Shown here: piece after piece, positions 38,211 through 47,132 of the stretch
Layout of the letters: every line of letters begins with the position of its first letter
Position numbering within the stretch: the first letter of the stretch is position 1
Assembly (NCBI GenBank): GCA_963719945.1
Contig: CAVRDX010000001.1
Span: forward strand, 576,001 to 640,000
Direction of reading: 5' to 3'
Origin: an uncultured Thermoplasmata archaeon
Lineage (GTDB): Archaea; Thermoplasmatota; Thermoplasmata; UBA10834
Length of the DNA: 64,000 bases
Program-made: the position numbers and the translations under genes
The notes under the pieces: generated by a model
Seen by the model: the letters and a program-made list of their open reading frames with translations, nothing else
Database searches by the model: none
Told to the model about the DNA's origin: nothing

Positions 38211-39884
38211 ATGAACGAATCAGGGTTCGAGCCGAAGATAATCGCTTTCACCTGCACATGGTGCGGGTATCCATCGGCGAACCTGGCAGGTGTCAATAAG
38301 ATAGAGTATCCACCAAATGTGAGAATTGTCAGGGTCATGTGCAGCGGAAGCGTCGAGCCAGCGATCATCATGGATGCTTTCGAGCATGGAGCGGACGGCG
38401 TCATCATCATAGGATGCCTCATAGACAATTGTCATTACGTTTCTGGGAACAAGAGAGCCCAGGAGAGAGTAGATGCATTCAAGGACCTCATGGACATCTT
38501 GGGTCTGGATTCACGAAGGTTGCGCACCGAATGGATCAATGCATCCGAGAGATACAGATTCGCCAAATCCATGAGTGATTTTGTGGAAGAGGTGCGTGGC
38601 CTAGGGCCGCTTCCAATACAGAAGAAGCAGCAGAAAGAAGGGAGGTCCAAGGAGCAGACGGCCGCCTCAATCAAGCAACTGATAGAAGATACTGGCGCAT
38701 TTGACTGTGTTGAATGCGGTAAATGCACCACCGTTTGTCCGATACCCAAGTTCGACAATGAATTCGCTCCGCGCACGATCGTACTGAAAGCAATGGAAGG
38801 TATCGTCGAGAATATAGCCCAGGACAAGGACATCTGGACCTGCATAACATGCGAGCAATGCAATGCGATGTGCCCATACAAAGTCGATTATTCGGGATTC
38901 ATACGTGGTATGAGAGAGGAGGCCCTCCATTTTGGTGCTGCCCCACTATGCTCCCAAGGAGGCTTGATCCATGCAGTGCAGAGGATTATGGCATCCTCAG
39001 ACATGAAACAGAATAGGCTGCAATGGATCAAAGACGATATGAAGATCGCAGATAAGGGAGATGTATTCTACTTCGTCGGATGTCTCCCGCATTATGATGC
39101 TATATTCCGGGACAGGGAAGGTCTCGCACTCACCAAGATATGCGAATCAGCTGTCAGGTTGATGAACCGGGCAGGCGTCGTTCCTGTCGTAAGCAACGAT
39201 GAGAAATGCTGCGGTCATGACCTCAATTGGGTCGGAGAGGAGGGTGAATTCGAGAAGCTGATGGATTTCAATGTCGACTTGATAAAGAAATCCGGAGCAA
39301 AGAAGGTGGTGTTCACGTGTCCCGAATGCTATAGGACATTCAACATGGACTATCGAGATTTCGTTGGTGAACTGGGATTCGAAGTCCAGCACATAGCGGA
39401 CTACCTTAAGGAGCTGATCGATACAGGAACTCTGAAGGCGGATGATAAGCAGAAGGAGAAGTTCAAATTCACTTATCACGACTCGTGTCGTCTCGGAAGG
39501 CATTCAGGGATCTATGATTCTCCGAGGGACCTCGCAACTGTATTCCAGGGATGCGACTTCATCGAGATGCCGAACACGAAGGACAAGGCCATATGCTGCG
39601 GCGTGAGCGGGTGGTCCAACTGCAACAGCAACATCAAGAGGATGCAGATCGAGAGGATGATAGAGGCCAAGAAGACCGGAGCAGACAAGATGCTCCTATT
39701 CTGTCCCAAATGCCAGATACATATGCGATGCGCAGTTCAAGACAAGATACCGGTGGAAAAGTCAGAGGTTGATGTGGAAGTGGAGGATTACACGGTCGCA
39801 ATCGCAAAGGCTTTCGGGCTTGTGAACGATGATGAAAGAAAGGAAGGAGAGAAGCTCGATACGAAGAATGAAAAGAAGGATTAG
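38211..39884 (+). CDS. MvhD-HdrC-HdrB (MvhD-HdrD-like) fusion oxidoreductase
   Basis: MvhD: CTWCGY, MCSG, GCLIDNCHY. 2x[4Fe-4S]: CVECGKC, CITCEQC. Two CCG domains: FVGC..KCCG..CPEC and HDSC..ICCG..CPKC. Confidence 0.9.
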   Translation: MNESGFEPKIIAFTCTWCGYPSANLAGVNKIEYPPNVRIVRVMCSGSVEPAIIMDAFEHGADGVIIIGCLIDNCHYVSGNKRAQERVDAFKDLMDILGLDSRRLRTEWINASERYRFAKSMSDFVEEVRGLGPLPIQKKQQKEGRSKEQTAASIKQLIEDTGAFDCVECGKCTTVCPIPKFDNEFAPRTIVLKAMEGIVENIAQDKDIWTCITCEQCNAMCPYKVDYSGFIRGMREEALHFGAAPLCSQGGLIHAVQRIMASSDMKQNRLQWIKDDMKIADKGDVFYFVGCLPHYDAIFRDREGLALTKICESAVRLMNRAGVVPVVSNDEKCCGHDLNWVGEEGEFEKLMDFNVDLIKKSGAKKVVFTCPECYRTFNMDYRDFVGELGFEVQHIADYLKELIDTGTLKADDKQKEKFKFTYHDSCRLGRHSGIYDSPRDLATVFQGCDFIEMPNTKDKAICCGVSGWSNCNSNIKRMQIERMIEAKKTGADKMLLFCPKCQIHMRCAVQDKIPVEKSEVDVEVEDYTVAIAKAFGLVNDDERKEGEKLDTKNEKKD

Positions 39885-39914
39885 GGAAGTGGTTTATCCC
39901 TTTCATAGAGCGGG

Positions 39915-41102
39915 TTAGTAGTACTTGGTTGAGGTCGTTGTCCTCTCCTCGACATTGATCTTCCTCTTTCCGAGCTCCTCGAAGAATGGCTCGGGATCCA
40001 CCGTTGCCTCAGCTGGGAACACACCGGGCGCTTTTATCTTTCGTTTCATCTGCCAGAGCGATACTATCGCAGGTGGCACGGCCGTATCTCTTGCCGATGA
40101 TATTCCCCTTACAGGATCGTTCCAGGTCACTATCGAATAAGTCACGGTCGATGGCATGCCGTCCTTCTCACCGGAACAATCGATTCTGAATATATCATAT
40201 TCATACTCATCTTTTGGAATTGCAGTGCGCCCCTGCTCAATCCCCCTCTGATGCATGCTAGTCAAGAAATCAAGTGGAGATATCTTGCATCCAGAGACAT
40301 TGAGAGGCGTCTCATCTGCGAATCCCAGCGCGCGCAGCGTTTGAAATGTGCTCATGTCGTTGGGCGGGAACCCGATTCTGAATGTCACATTCTTCGCTTT
40401 CAGATATTTGCCCATAGTAGCAGGTTCCGAATGCTTGACATAGTATGTCTTGATCTTGCCTATCGGATCAGGCATCATGACTTCCTTCTCGCCACCCAGG
40501 ATCTCCTGTTTCTGATACTTGTTCCGTATCCATTGTACGGATTGTTGTGTGAATTCGTCAAGAACCGTGCGAATCGAATAGCCTGGCCATCCCGCCTCTT
40601 TGATGGGGAGGGTGTTGCCCCAAGCACAGACGATATCGATCGAGTCGATCTTGTCCAATCGCTTAGCCCCGGCCGCACCAGCCACGTTCGTCATTCCTGG
40701 TGTGCTTCCAAGACCGATGGTCGCATTAATTCCAGCATCCTTCCACTTCTTGTGAAGTTTGAGTTGCTTGAGACAAGTGTCAAAGAAACCTCCGAGGTCA
40801 GTGTATGAAGCTCCACCTTTCAGACACGCGTCCATCGCCGCAAGATTGGTCTGATACCAAGCACAGTTGACGACAGCATCGACTTTCTCATTCTTTATGA
40901 CCTTGACCACGTTGTCGACATCGTATGCATTGAGCTCGACCATCTGAACCTTCTTGTCCAGTTTCAGGGCAGTCATAGCGTTCTTGACATCATCCAATCT
41001 CAGACTAGATGCGATGACATCCTTCACGCCACACATCTCAACAAGGTCCTGCACCGTATAAGCGCCTATTTGTCCAGAAGCACCAAGAATCAACGTCTTC
41101 AT
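39915..41102 (-). CDS. Saccharopine dehydrogenase-family oxidoreductase (lysine 6-dehydrogenase/carboxyspermidine dehydrogenase-like)
   Basis: ILGASGQIG, VVNC, YTDLGG, GLGSTPGMTN, HSEP. Confidence 0.85.
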   Translation of the reverse strand: MKTLILGASGQIGAYTVQDLVEMCGVKDVIASSLRLDDVKNAMTALKLDKKVQMVELNAYDVDNVVKVIKNEKVDAVVNCAWYQTNLAAMDACLKGGASYTDLGGFFDTCLKQLKLHKKWKDAGINATIGLGSTPGMTNVAGAAGAKRLDKIDSIDIVCAWGNTLPIKEAGWPGYSIRTVLDEFTQQSVQWIRNKYQKQEILGGEKEVMMPDPIGKIKTYYVKHSEPATMGKYLKAKNVTFRIGFPPNDMSTFQTLRALGFADETPLNVSGCKISPLDFLTSMHQRGIEQGRTAIPKDEYEYDIFRIDCSGEKDGMPSTVTYSIVTWNDPVRGISSARDTAVPPAIVSLWQMKRKIKAPGVFPAEATVDPEPFFEELGKRKINVEERTTTSTKYY

Positions 41103-41233
41103 ACATCCACCTCCACAATCATTCCTCAATCAAAATGCTCTTCCAGCTCCCCATCTCAGTACAATAAACATCTACTTAAATATTCTCGGATAAAGGAATT
41201 CATTTGACAAGATCGTGAATTGGGACGCTGCAT

Positions 41234-41650
41234 TCATCGACTCGCAATCAGATCTATCTCAATCAATGCATCCTTCGGAAGACCTGAGACCTCTACCACC
41301 GAACGCGAAGGTCTGTACTCTCCAAAGAAGTCAGCATACACTTGGTTGACCAATGTGAAGTCCTTGATGTCTCTGATGTAGATTGTGACCTTCAATACAT
41401 TTGCGACTCTTGATCCTGATGCTTCCAGAATCTTCGACAGGTTACGTAGGGCTTGACGAGCTTGATTCGCAACATCGCCCTGAACAATCATCCCACTGAC
41501 TGGATCGATGCCAAGCTGACCTGAGCAGAATATCATGTTTCCAGACATAACTGCCTGTGAGTAGGGTCCAACTGGTTCAGGCGCATCAGGTGTCAGGACA
41601 ATCTGCGGTCCACCTTCAGGAGTGCTTCTTGCCGACCCTCGTGCCATCAT
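41234..41650 (-). CDS. ridA: RidA/Rid family enamine deaminase
   Basis: APEPVGPYSQA, SGQLG, VNQVY, PSRS, LIEID. Confidence 0.9.
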   Translation of the reverse strand: MMARGSARSTPEGGPQIVLTPDAPEPVGPYSQAVMSGNMIFCSGQLGIDPVSGMIVQGDVANQARQALRNLSKILEASGSRVANVLKVTIYIRDIKDFTLVNQVYADFFGEYRPSRSVVEVSGLPKDALIEIDLIASR

Positions 41651-43196
41651 ATACAACTTCACCACCCATTATCGTCTTCAGCACAGACACGTCGCGGACG
41701 AGAGAAGGATCACTGAATGGATCTCCTGAGAGGACAACAAAATCAGCATACTTGCCCTCGGCAATGGTCCCTTTCACATTCTCTTCGAATGATGCATAGG
41801 CAGCGTCTCTAGTATATGCGGCGGTCGCCTCCTCTGCAGTGATCCTCTGAGAATCATGTGGAGCATTGACTGCTGAAATCACCCCATATAGTGGAGAGAA
41901 TGGCATGCAATCTGATCCGAAGACCATCTTGACCCGAGACTTCAAAACCTCCTTGAAAGGATTGTTCAGTATCGCGCGTTCTGGACCCAGTCGCTCATAG
42001 TACATGCCGTTGATGCCACCCCATTCCCCCACGAAGTTCGGCTGCATTGAAGCAATGATTCCAAGTGACCTCATCCTTTTGAGTTGATTCGCTGTCGGCA
42101 GTTCCAAGTGTTCTATCCTGTGCCTGTGGTTCTTCCTGGGAGTGCACTCGAGCGCGTCCTCCATCGAATCAATCACAGCCTCGATCCCTTTGTCGCCTAT
42201 CGCATGCACGACCAACTGGATGGAAGCTTCGTTGGCCTTGTGAATCATATCATCGAGTTGATCTATAGGATGCACGAACATGCCAGTGTTCTTCGGGTCA
42301 TCGTTGTACGCCTCTGATAGTGATGCGGTCCGGGCACCCAATGCGCCATCACAGAATATCTTCAGTCCGCCAATCTTCAGTCGCTCTGAACCAAGCCCGG
42401 AAGATAAATTCAGACTGCGCATGGAATCCAGATTCGGGTATGGCACATTGAACCATACACGAACTCCGAGCCGTCCTGCCCTCTCAGCGGTCTGGTAGAT
42501 AGAAAGATGTTCCGCTTCACCATTATCCTGGACTGAAGTCACGCCGAGGGAATGCGCCTTTCGAGTAGCAGCAATCAAACCTTTCATCTTTCGACCTGCA
42601 TCTGGGGCAGTTGCCTCTCTGACGAATGCAACAGCGGATTCTTTGAGCACGCCAGTCAGCGCGCCTGACGCACTCTTATCGACTCCGGGCATGTCAGTAT
42701 TGAGTCCCAAAACAGATATTGCCTTCGAATTGACAGTCGACAGATGACCGCATATGCGATGGGCAACCGCGGGATGATTCGGACAACAGGAATCTAGGTC
42801 TTCTTTAGTGATGAACCGGCCATGGTCCCATCGACTTTCCATCCATCCAGCACCTAGTACCCATTCACCTTCGGGGGTCTTCTTCGCGCCCGACTTCATG
42901 CGAGACATCACATCGTCCAGGGATTTGCAGCCAAAGAGATCGACATTCATGGAATCAATGCCCATGTTCACGAAATGAGTATGTGAATCGATGAAGCCAG
43001 GTATCACTATCTTGCCGCCCAGATCATACTTGTCACAACCACGGGGAGCTGAGTTCCTTATCTCAGCATCAGTCCCGACAGCTATGATTCGACCATCGGC
43101 TACGGCAATTGCTTTCGCTACTCTAACCTCGGAATCGAAACTATAAACTCGGCCATTATAGAATATCGCATCTGCCCTTCGTGCAACCATTCGCAT
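41616..43196 (-). CDS. Amidohydrolase 3 family (YtcJ-like)
   Basis: PGFIDSHTH, KIFCDGALG, HAIGD, HRIEH, FGSD, GKYADFVVL. Confidence 0.92.
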   Translation of the reverse strand: MRMVARRADAIFYNGRVYSFDSEVRVAKAIAVADGRIIAVGTDAEIRNSAPRGCDKYDLGGKIVIPGFIDSHTHFVNMGIDSMNVDLFGCKSLDDVMSRMKSGAKKTPEGEWVLGAGWMESRWDHGRFITKEDLDSCCPNHPAVAHRICGHLSTVNSKAISVLGLNTDMPGVDKSASGALTGVLKESAVAFVREATAPDAGRKMKGLIAATRKAHSLGVTSVQDNGEAEHLSIYQTAERAGRLGVRVWFNVPYPNLDSMRSLNLSSGLGSERLKIGGLKIFCDGALGARTASLSEAYNDDPKNTGMFVHPIDQLDDMIHKANEASIQLVVHAIGDKGIEAVIDSMEDALECTPRKNHRHRIEHLELPTANQLKRMRSLGIIASMQPNFVGEWGGINGMYYERLGPERAILNNPFKEVLKSRVKMVFGSDCMPFSPLYGVISAVNAPHDSQRITAEEATAAYTRDAAYASFEENVKGTIAEGKYADFVVLSGDPFSDPSLVRDVSVLKTIMGGEVVYDGTRVGKKHS

Positions 43197-43256
43197 CTAC
43201 TCCCTCAAGCTCAATGGATGACAATCCAGATGAAACTGACCTGATCCAATGCAGGT

Positions 43257-43799
43257 TCAATCCGGATTGAGTATCATGTCAACAAGGGTGGCAAAAGCAT
43301 TCTCGACATTGTATCCAGTCTTCGCAGAAGTCAACAATGCGGGAGCACCATGCTTCATGGCAAAGACCTCAAGGTCTTTGGATTCGATTCGGACATCATC
43401 CTTCAAATCATACTTGTTGCCAAGGAATACAATCGGTATCTCACCAGTAGTCGATGTCATAGCTTTGATCCAATATCGGAGCTCGCCGAGGCTCTCCTTG
43501 CTCGTCAGGTCACAGACAGCTAGTGCACCCTCCGCACCATAGAAATAGGCCTCTCGCAACACTTCTCGAAAACTTGGCTGGCCCATGATATCCCAGATCA
43601 AGAGGACGACTTTCTGCGTCTCACCAGTCTTTGCATTCTTTGCCTCGATCTCTTTCTTGGTGACCTTCGTCCCGATTGTGGCAATATACTTGTCATCGAA
43701 GACATCGAGTACATATCTCCGAATCATGCTTGTCTTGCCGACACCCACATCACCGACCAAGCATATCTTCAATTTCTTTGTATCATTGCTTTCAGCCAA
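43257..43799 (-). CDS. Rab-like small GTPase
   Basis: G1 GDVGVGKTS, G2 YIATIG, G3 WDIMGQ, G4 NKYD, G5 SAK; TTG start chosen after a GGGGT RBS. Confidence 0.92.
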   Translation of the reverse strand: MAESNDTKKLKICLVGDVGVGKTSMIRRYVLDVFDDKYIATIGTKVTKKEIEAKNAKTGETQKVVLLIWDIMGQPSFREVLREAYFYGAEGALAVCDLTSKESLGELRYWIKAMTSTTGEIPIVFLGNKYDLKDDVRIESKDLEVFAMKHGAPALLTSAKTGYNVENAFATLVDMILNPD

Positions 43800-44007
43800 T
43801 GACTCAACGACCCCTTGCTCATCTGATGTATGGGTAAGTAGTCTAAAAAACGTTTGCACACTGTGAAGCCTTCGTACTCTCATTCAATTCGTGCTCATCG
43901 ATTGTCATCATGAAGAAGAAACATGAGGGAGTGATGATTCTTCGTTATCAAAATGCGAAAGTGAATCAAAAGAGTATTATTATACATAACGCGCTTACAT
44001 ATTCAGA

Positions 44008-44070
44008 GATGCGTCATGAAAGTTGAGCAAAACCTGACGGTAACAGGTGCTTGATGGGGAAAGATGCATC
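44008..44070 (+). promoter_or_regulatory. Long imperfect hairpin in the leader of the Lys-rich micropeptide genes
   Basis: GATGCGTC/GATGCATC, GTTGAGC/GCTTGAT and ACCTG/CAGGT stems; begins about 25-30 nt after TATA-like TTATTATA. Confidence 0.45.
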
Positions 44071-44098
44071 AATAATTCCGATAGGAGGAAAAATACCT

Positions 44099-44197
44099 AT
44101 GTCGTGCGGAAAATGTGGAAAGAAGACGAAGAAGAAAGCAGTGAAGAAGCCCGCGAAGAAGGTCGCGAAGAAGGCCGTTAAGAAAAAGAAGAAGTAA
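44099..44197 (+). CDS. 32-aa CxxC plus Lys/Ala-rich micropeptide (histone-H1-tail-like)
   Basis: RBS AGGAGG; MSCGKCGKKTKKKAVKKPAKKVAKKAVKKKKK. Confidence 0.8.
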   Translation: MSCGKCGKKTKKKAVKKPAKKVAKKAVKKKKK

Positions 44198-44238
44198 TTT
44201 TTCTTATGAGATGTTCTTCCGTCAGGAGGGTTCATTAA

Positions 44239-44328
44239 ATGCCTGCAAAGAAGAAATCCAGCAAATCTGGCAAGACGAAAAAAGCAGAGCCCAGAGGCAA
44301 GGAAATTCGAGCTAGCAGGACAAGGTGA
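44239..44328 (+). CDS. 29-aa basic micropeptide
   Basis: RBS AGGAGG; MPAKKKSSKSGKTKKAEPRGKEIRASRTR. Confidence 0.65.
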   Translation: MPAKKKSSKSGKTKKAEPRGKEIRASRTR

Positions 44329-44564
44329 GTTCCAGAGCGATGGAAGGCCCTTGGATTCTGTCCTGGGATCAAATCTCATTAAACTTCTTCTTTAATTCCC
44401 TATTTTATTGACACAATCGGACACACGGTTATCGCTCTTCACACGGTTTTCGAAGATATCGTTACGACATGAAACGAATGACTCTGCGATCGATCATGGT
44501 CTCATCAATCATTCTCAGCAAAATGACATATGCAAGATCGCGATTCACTCATGAGAAGCTTGGC

Positions 44565-45725
44565 ATGTCAAGTGATAAGAGACTGCTATGGGTGATAAGC
44601 TATCATCATGCATGCAATGATGGCGCGCTCCTGGCATTGGTTGCGATATTGCCGATACTCGTTCGGGAGATGGATCTATCGTACTCAGAGATCGGCCTCC
44701 TAGGTTTCGGTCTGCTTATCACGGTCATCATTCAACTCGTAGTTGGTAAAGCCGCGGACAAGATATTCTCGAGGTATCTCCTGGAGCTGGGTGCAGGACT
44801 CATGGCATTGTCATTCGTCCTTATTCCGCTTGCATCGAATTTCTTGGGGCTATTCGTCGCAGTGATCTCCATGAGAGTTGGAGCGAGTTTCTATCATCCC
44901 ATTGGAATCAGCTGGATAACCAAGAGATATGAAGGCTCATTCCTAGATACTGCCCTCGGCATTCAAAGTGGCGTGGGGAACCTTGGAGTTATTCTCGCAT
45001 TCGGGTCATCGGGGTTCTTGGGAGAGATGTACGGATGGAGGACACCTTGCATCATCTGGGCCGTGCTCAACATTATAGCAATGATCGCAGGCATCATACT
45101 CACGCGGAACGAAGAACAACCCGAGGCAAAGATTGTCAGCAGAGTCGAGACCTCATTCAAGGACACATTCACAAGGATAGGGATTATGGCAATCCCGATA
45201 GCTGCAGGCGGGGCGCTCTACCAGGTCACGAGCTATTTTGGGCCACTCAACCTCACGGAATTGCATGGATGGAGCGTCGGAGATGCGGACCTGTTGTTTG
45301 CCATCTGGATTGGCATAGGAACTGTGTCTTCGTATTTCTTCGGACGATTGAGCAATCGCTTTGGGAGGGGGAGGCTGCTCATCTACGGATATGCAGCTTC
45401 TTCGGTCTGCGTGTTGATGCTCCCATTCCTATCGACATGGGTTACAATTGCACCAGTCCTTGTCCTATTTGGAGCGATGCTGTTCATCACTTACCCCGCG
45501 CTCTTCTCAGTAATATCAAAGGCGACACGACATGAAGAAAGAGGTACCGCATTTGGGTTGCTTTTTGGATTGCAGCTCGGCGGTGGCGCTGCCGTCGTGT
45601 ATCTCTGCGGAATCGTGTCGGACCACTTCAACGACCCATCATATTCGTTCTTCGTGGTATTCATACTAGGGCTAGCAGCCATAGGTGCTCTCTCAATTTG
45701 GATGAGGAAAGCAGACATATCATGA
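44565..45725 (+). CDS. MFS transporter (FSR-like)
   Basis: HHACND, FYHP, GRLSNRFGRG; about 12 TM helices. Confidence 0.88.
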   Translation: MSSDKRLLWVISYHHACNDGALLALVAILPILVREMDLSYSEIGLLGFGLLITVIIQLVVGKAADKIFSRYLLELGAGLMALSFVLIPLASNFLGLFVAVISMRVGASFYHPIGISWITKRYEGSFLDTALGIQSGVGNLGVILAFGSSGFLGEMYGWRTPCIIWAVLNIIAMIAGIILTRNEEQPEAKIVSRVETSFKDTFTRIGIMAIPIAAGGALYQVTSYFGPLNLTELHGWSVGDADLLFAIWIGIGTVSSYFFGRLSNRFGRGRLLIYGYAASSVCVLMLPFLSTWVTIAPVLVLFGAMLFITYPALFSVISKATRHEERGTAFGLLFGLQLGGGAAVVYLCGIVSDHFNDPSYSFFVVFILGLAAIGALSIWMRKADIS

Positions 45726-45741
45726 AGGATGGCCGCTTGAT

Positions 45742-46524
45742 TCACTCGATACGCCCTCGATTCACTACTACTGGCTGTTTTGAAGCACCCCGCTCCTGCA
45801 CCGGGGTCGGACCATATCCAGCGGGGAACTCATCAGACAGATATTGATAGCCTCTTTTCTTCTGCTGATGCCTTGCCCATGTGAGGATTAGAGCCACAAT
45901 CACGGCTACAATTCCAGTAAGGTATACCATATCGAATATGTTCGCACCGCCGATGCTGAGCATGGCAAAATCATCGGACGGTGCTTCGAATGCCAGAGCC
46001 TCTCCCAGGTGGAATACATCTGCTCCAAGCAATGTTCCAATTATCCCTGATACGTAGGCGAGAGGCGCAGCTTTCCGGACATCCATCCAGAATACAGATA
46101 GAGAATAGAGTCCCGCCGCGAGTGCTGGCGCAAAAGCCATTGGAACTTCGGCCACGATGCCGACCCCAGCCTCAGCACGGGTGATGTTGTACGTGATAAA
46201 CGAGACGATAGTAATGCCAATGAACGCTTCAGGGAGGTCGATCCGACGCTTCCACAGTATATTGACACATATCAGCAACGGTATCAACGCTCCACCGATG
46301 CTTATGCCAACCCACCAACCACCATACGGAAACAAGGGGATGCTAATCCATCCGAGGAACAGCGTGCCGAAGATGATTGTGGATGCCTCTCCGTGGGTGA
46401 ATCCCATTGACACCAGGACTTTCTCTATTGAGCCCACATACAAATAGAGCAATAACAGGATCGAACCCAGTGCTACTGCGACCCATAGATAATCCGAACC
46501 CTCCGCCATCGATAGATGTAACAA
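45742..46524 (-). CDS. DUF1614-like membrane protein
   Basis: IGGALIP, GVGI, AYVSGIIGTLLGAD, SIGGANIFD. Confidence 0.85.
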   Translation of the reverse strand: MLHLSMAEGSDYLWVAVALGSILLLLYLYVGSIEKVLVSMGFTHGEASTIIFGTLFLGWISIPLFPYGGWWVGISIGGALIPLLICVNILWKRRIDLPEAFIGITIVSFITYNITRAEAGVGIVAEVPMAFAPALAAGLYSLSVFWMDVRKAAPLAYVSGIIGTLLGADVFHLGEALAFEAPSDDFAMLSIGGANIFDMVYLTGIVAVIVALILTWARHQQKKRGYQYLSDEFPAGYGPTPVQERGASKQPVVVNRGRIE

Positions 46525-46607
46525 TCAACGACTGATAAAATCCTATCTAGTGGGGTCAGTACTCAACACCCGATGGCTGACAGACATCGAGACGACTGAC
46601 AATCGCC

Positions 46608-47042
46608 CTACATCGACCTAAGATAGACCGAATCGAGCATTGAGACATTCCAGGCAATTGATTCGGTCACGGCCTCCATTTCCACATCTCCGAAATATAT
46701 CAGATGTGAATGACAATGGCAATCTGAGGAGCCGAAACCATCGGCGACCACACAGGCACCTTCTGTATCAAGGAGCGATTGTGCGACCGCGCATTCGTGT
46801 TCCTTCCCTTGGATAGGAATAGAGACCGTGCACATAACCACCGCATTCTCGAGGAAATGGTCGATGTGCCAGCGCAGCTTCTTGGTCTTTCGACGATGAC
46901 GCAGGACTCGAGCCTCAATACCCATCTGGGCGGATCCAACATATGCATATATGCCCTCAGGAAAACGGAACTCCCCAAGTGCCCCCACCTGTTTCACGAG
47001 AGGTTCTTCGAGCATGATCACAAGGACATACGTGCCGCGCAT
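46608..47042 (-). CDS. GIY-YIG nuclease family protein (DUF123)
   Basis: GIYAYVGSA, RVLRH, WHIDH, GFGSSDCHCHSHL. Confidence 0.9.
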   Translation of the reverse strand: MRGTYVLVIMLEEPLVKQVGALGEFRFPEGIYAYVGSAQMGIEARVLRHRRKTKKLRWHIDHFLENAVVMCTVSIPIQGKEHECAVAQSLLDTEGACVVADGFGSSDCHCHSHLIYFGDVEMEAVTESIAWNVSMLDSVYLRSM

Positions 47043-47132
47043 CGAGGATATGATGCGCAGCGCATCTAAGTAACTTGCTCACAACAAGCTGCCGCATACT
47101 AGCCAGTCAAAAGCCATATATCCAAGGATGCC

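Noticed and set aside
44008-44382. Selenoprotein hypothesis: the leader hairpin has ATGA...AAA...GA like a eukaryote-type SECIS, and the second micropeptide ends in TGA followed by 17 open codons
   Set aside because: The helix between the core and the AAA is short, the element is 5' of the ORFs, the TGA is not in a redox motif, the Hdr/MvhD proteins here use Cys, and no sel genes are in the window.
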